From Cyanophyceae cyanobacterium (GTDB taxonomy: Bacteria > Cyanobacteriota > Cyanobacteriia > Cyanobacteriales > Laspinemataceae), in the NCBI GenBank assembly GCA_038321985.1, contig JBBQFN010000020.1, positions 1 to 64,000 on the forward strand: a stretch of DNA of 64,000 nucleotides. The letters run 5' to 3'. This document shows positions 60,590 through 64,000 of the stretch, piece by piece. How positions within the stretch are numbered: position 1 is the stretch's first letter; each line of letters starts with the position of its first letter. The position numbers were made by a program, and so were the translations under genes. The notes beneath the pieces were generated by a model. The model searched no databases and had not been told where the DNA came from. It was given only the letters and a program-made list of their open reading frames with translations.

Positions 60590-63208
60590 ATGAATCCTGA
60601 CGAAACGATGCTAGAAGAAAACACATTGGTTACCGATCCGACTATTGATGTCGATTCTGGTGACTTGGATGATGATGCCGATGACTTTGACAACATCATC
60701 GCCACCACTGCCCTAATAGATAATGATTCCGATGATTTAGATATCGATTCCGGTAACTTAGATGATGATGCCGATGATTTAGATGTCAATTCCGGTGACT
60801 TGGATGATGATGCCGATGACTTTGACGGCGAAATCACCCCAACTGCCCAAGGCGATGATGATGCCGATGACCTCATTGGCGATGATAATGCCGATGACTT
60901 GGATGATGAGGTCGATGATTTAGATGTCAGTTCTGGTGACTTAGATGATGATGCCGATGACTTTGACGGCGAAATCACCCCAACTGCCCAAGGCGATGAT
61001 GATGCCGATGATTTAGATGTCGATTCCGGTGACTTAGATGATGATGCCGATGACGAAGCAGACGTCGATCCTCAAATCAAAGAACTTGTCACTGCCTATT
61101 GTGACGAAGCTGAATATTTAGCAGACAACCCCGATGTTGCCGAAGCGGTTCAACAAGGGTTATTTCAGAGTGGATTACAACACGCCTATACCTTCGGATA
61201 TAAAGAGGGACGGCAAATCATCACCGGATTTGATGCCACATTCTATACAGACCGCAACCTGGACGTTAAAGAGGCGATCGCCAACGGTGCCTTCAAGAGC
61301 GCACTACACCACTTCTTGCTCTTTGGCGTAAAAGAAAATCGCTCTCCTAACGTCGCCTATAACGAACAAGAATACCTGGAAAATAATCAAGACGTAAACG
61401 AAGCCGTGCAGCAGGGCCAATTTAGCAGCGGACTCGCCCACTGGCTCCAGCACGGACGCTCTGAAATCCGCACCTTTAGCAGCATCTTTAACGCCAAATT
61501 TTACTTAGAACAACATCAAGATGTTGCCGAGGCGTTAAACAGCGGAAAGATTAAAAGTGTTTTCTCTCACTTCTTAAATCACGGCATATTTGAAGGACGC
61601 ATTCCCAGCGAATCCTTTAATCTAGAAAGTTACTTAAAACAGTATCCAGAAGTCTCCGAGGGAGTCGAAGACGGTCAATTCCCCAATGCCGTTTTCCACT
61701 TCTTCCAGGTTGGATTCTTGCGCGGATTCATGCCAAATCCACCCATGCCAGAAGCAGAAATGCCGGATGATGATGATGATGATGATTTAGAAACTGACGA
61801 CACATCCACCACCGAAGATACCACGGACAGTTCTCCCATCGTTTTCAATCCTCCTGTAGTCCCTGTTTCACCCCCTGTACCAACAGAGGGATCACAACCC
61901 GATGAAGATGATGATTTAGATTCTGATTCCGGTGACTTGGATGAAGATGATGATTTAGATACCGATTCCGGTAATTTGGATGAAGATGATGATTTAGATA
62001 CCGATTCCGGTGATTTGGATGAAGATGATGATTTAGATCCCGATGATGGTTTAGATGCCGATTCCGGTAACTTGGATGAAGATGATGATTTAGATCCCGC
62101 TGATGGTTTAGATGCCGATTCCGGTAACTTGGATGAAGATGATGATTTAGAGGGCGATAATGATTCCGGAATCCAAGTCCGCAACATAGACGAGATTGAC
62201 CGTACCAGCAGCAATGTACTGGTCTCCGGCAGTGAAGAGGGAGTGCTATTACAAGCGAGTGCAGCCATTGATATTCTCATCGGTGGTGATGGCAACGATA
62301 CTCTCACCGGAAACAACCTCCCCAACCTAGTCTTTGGAGTTGCTGGTAATAACCTGATTGAAGGAGGCAGCGGAAATGATTCTCTGATTGGGGGTCAAGG
62401 AAGTGACTCTATCTCGGGTGCAGATGGTGACGACCTAATTATTGGTGATCTCCAAGTCTTCAATGAATTAGGAAGCTCTAATGGCTTTATTTTCATCGAT
62501 GAACTCAACGATGATGATGCCGATGATGTCACCGACGATAATGCCGACGATGATGCCGATGAACTCAACGATGATGATGCCGATGATGTCACCGACGATG
62601 ATGCCGATGATGCTGATGATATCTCCGATAATATGCTCATGGGTGGAGAAGGCAACGACACCTTGATGGGGGGTCGCGGTAACGATACCCTGATGGGAGA
62701 TAATGGCGATGACTTCCTGTTTGGAGTGTCCGGCAACAACTACCTAGAGGGTGGAGAAGGTAACGACACCCTGATTGGTGGGACCGGCAATGATATGCTC
62801 ATCGCTGGCAGTGGTAACAATTTCCTGAATGGTGGATCCGGTGACGATACCCTCACGGGTGGATCCGGTGACGATACCCTCCGGGGTGGATCCGGTGCAG
62901 ATGTCTTCGTTCTAGATGGTAGTACCCTCGGTAACGATACGGAAGCAGGTGATGACGACAACGCCACCCAGAAAGATCTGATTTTGGACTTCAATGGCGA
63001 AGAAGGAGACGTTATCCAAATTGACGGAGCTACTTTTGGGATTACGAATATCTCCGAGTTGTTTGTAGCCAATGGTTCTGACGGGTTCGGAATCTCCAGC
63101 ACTGTAGAAAATGGAGAAATCCGTTCTACGATTACTTTTAGTGCAGACTACTCCCTACAGGTCTTATCTCAGGCAGAACTTACGGAAGATAACTTCCTCC
63201 TGATGTAA
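60590..63208 (+). CDS. Highly acidic RTX/hemolysin-type calcium-binding surface protein
   Basis: Asp-rich tandem repeats, five YLxxNxDVxEAxxxG-type repeats and C-terminal GGxGNDTL nonapeptides. There is no Sec signal. Confidence 0.85.
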   Translation: MNPDETMLEENTLVTDPTIDVDSGDLDDDADDFDNIIATTALIDNDSDDLDIDSGNLDDDADDLDVNSGDLDDDADDFDGEITPTAQGDDDADDLIGDDNADDLDDEVDDLDVSSGDLDDDADDFDGEITPTAQGDDDADDLDVDSGDLDDDADDEADVDPQIKELVTAYCDEAEYLADNPDVAEAVQQGLFQSGLQHAYTFGYKEGRQIITGFDATFYTDRNLDVKEAIANGAFKSALHHFLLFGVKENRSPNVAYNEQEYLENNQDVNEAVQQGQFSSGLAHWLQHGRSEIRTFSSIFNAKFYLEQHQDVAEALNSGKIKSVFSHFLNHGIFEGRIPSESFNLESYLKQYPEVSEGVEDGQFPNAVFHFFQVGFLRGFMPNPPMPEAEMPDDDDDDDLETDDTSTTEDTTDSSPIVFNPPVVPVSPPVPTEGSQPDEDDDLDSDSGDLDEDDDLDTDSGNLDEDDDLDTDSGDLDEDDDLDPDDGLDADSGNLDEDDDLDPADGLDADSGNLDEDDDLEGDNDSGIQVRNIDEIDRTSSNVLVSGSEEGVLLQASAAIDILIGGDGNDTLTGNNLPNLVFGVAGNNLIEGGSGNDSLIGGQGSDSISGADGDDLIIGDLQVFNELGSSNGFIFIDELNDDDADDVTDDNADDDADELNDDDADDVTDDDADDADDISDNMLMGGEGNDTLMGGRGNDTLMGDNGDDFLFGVSGNNYLEGGEGNDTLIGGTGNDMLIAGSGNNFLNGGSGDDTLTGGSGDDTLRGGSGADVFVLDGSTLGNDTEAGDDDNATQKDLILDFNGEEGDVIQIDGATFGITNISELFVANGSDGFGISSTVENGEIRSTITFSADYSLQVLSQAELTEDNFLLM
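60640..61060 (+). repeat. Coding tandem repeats (DLDVxSGDLDDDADD and duplicated FDGEITPTAQG units)
   Basis: Near-identical nucleotide blocks start at about 60803 and about 60944. Confidence 0.85.
61901..62160 (+). repeat. Coding tandem repeats (DEDDDLDxDSGxL units)
   Basis: Repeated GATGAAGATGATGATTTAGAT...CCGATTCCGGT units. Confidence 0.85.
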
Positions 63209-63259
63209 GCTCCCTCCTCAGACGGGATCAACAACGTCTAGGGATTAATCAATAGAGCG

Positions 63260-63294
63260 ATCGCACCCACTTTAACAGGGGTGCGATTTCTTTT
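63260..63294 (+). terminator. Probable terminator of the RTX gene
   Basis: ATCGCACCC / GGGTGCGAT stem followed by TTCTTTT. Confidence 0.7.
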
Positions 63295-64000
63295 GCCAGG
63301 ATCCTATCCCTCGTAGTTTACCCTAGCCAGGATTCGGTTTTTTCGAGTCCTGAATTCGACATCTCCGGCAGAGGTCCCCATACCCACTGACCCTTTGAAA
63401 AGAACTTCCATTACTCAGATATGCTGACAATTGTCATGCTACTCCCCGAATCTGAATTGGAGTTTCCAAGCTGGGAACAAAACGCGACTCTTTTCAATCC
63501 AATCAATACAGGATGCAGGTGAGCCCTGGTCGGAAACCCTAGAGTTTCGGCCTAACGCCTATATTCTCCCCCCTCTGTACACCCATCAGGATTTTTTTAG
63601 ATTCTTGTTCAAATTGTTCCTCATCTTAAGGTTTGATCCTGAGCTTGCCTGTCCCTCTATTTTAATTAAGCAAGCTCCCTTGACCCCTCCTTTCTCTCTC
63701 TGCCTCCCCCTGATATCTCTGGGGAAATCAAAAAGGTGTATTCTTTCATATTAAGATATCGCCTGGCTGCCCTTAAGTTTTTTTAATATATATAAAAGAT
63801 TAATTTTTTTGTTTTTAAGGCGAAAATAGCTCATCACACTTAAATAAAATTACCCCTTTGAAGTCGGGATTCCCTAACTGATTGTTTAGAGGTATGGGGG
63901 GCCTTATAAATTTTTATGATGTCTTTTTTTATGGGTTTCAATTAAAATTTTAGGAAGTTAAGACGATTAAGTTCCGTAGAATTGCGGAGAAATACCACTG

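Larger units (their letters stand above)
1..64000. repeat. HIP1 octamer GCGATCGC, highly iterated across the window
   Basis: Many copies occur in coding and intergenic DNA, often read as AIA, RSP or GDR codons. This is a cyanobacterial hallmark. Confidence 0.97.

Noticed and set aside
61901..62160. Regularly spaced repeats considered as a CRISPR array
   Set aside because: They are in-frame coding repeats with no unique spacers, and there are no cas genes.
60562..63102. Ser-rich minus-strand ORFs and the Met-rich ORF at 62481-62666
   Set aside because: These are shadow or alternative frames of GAT-rich Asp repeats in the RTX gene.
1..64000. High frequency of GCGATCGC as a novel repeat
   Set aside because: It is the well-known cyanobacterial HIP1.

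Overview
This is chromosomal DNA from a cyanobacterium, probably a filamentous Oscillatoriales-type organism, judging from abundant HIP1 (GCGATCGC) octamers, psbI, flv3/flv1, pam68, and CRR7- and APE1-like genes. Most of the window is housekeeping or typical cyanobacterial content: an Ftn6-like gene, an LptD/DUF3769-type gene, psbI (missed by the ORF track), a GH38 alpha-mannosidase, coaX, flv3-flv1-sodB-ppk1, spp, ruvA, rpsO, pam68 and aroF. There are three large sensory proteins: a CBS/DXCF-cyanobacteriochrome/PAS/GAF diguanylate cyclase, a GAF/DXCF-cyanobacteriochrome histidine kinase, and a 2048-aa hybrid kinase with an ETR1-like ethylene-binding domain. The best candidate for an undescribed system is a co-oriented four-gene cluster at about 43.4-50.8 kb. 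It encodes a long coiled-coil protein, two paralogous Zn-ribbon/coiled-coil/WD40 proteins, and a tandem SpoVK/CbbX/EccA-type AAA+ ATPase with an unassigned N-terminal domain. Other oddities are an ATPase-less PilB-like protein next to a HetZ-related gene, a small basic protein with a structured leader, and a highly acidic RTX-type protein. I found no rRNA, tRNA, CRISPR array or transposase. All family assignments come from motif recognition by eye, without database searches.
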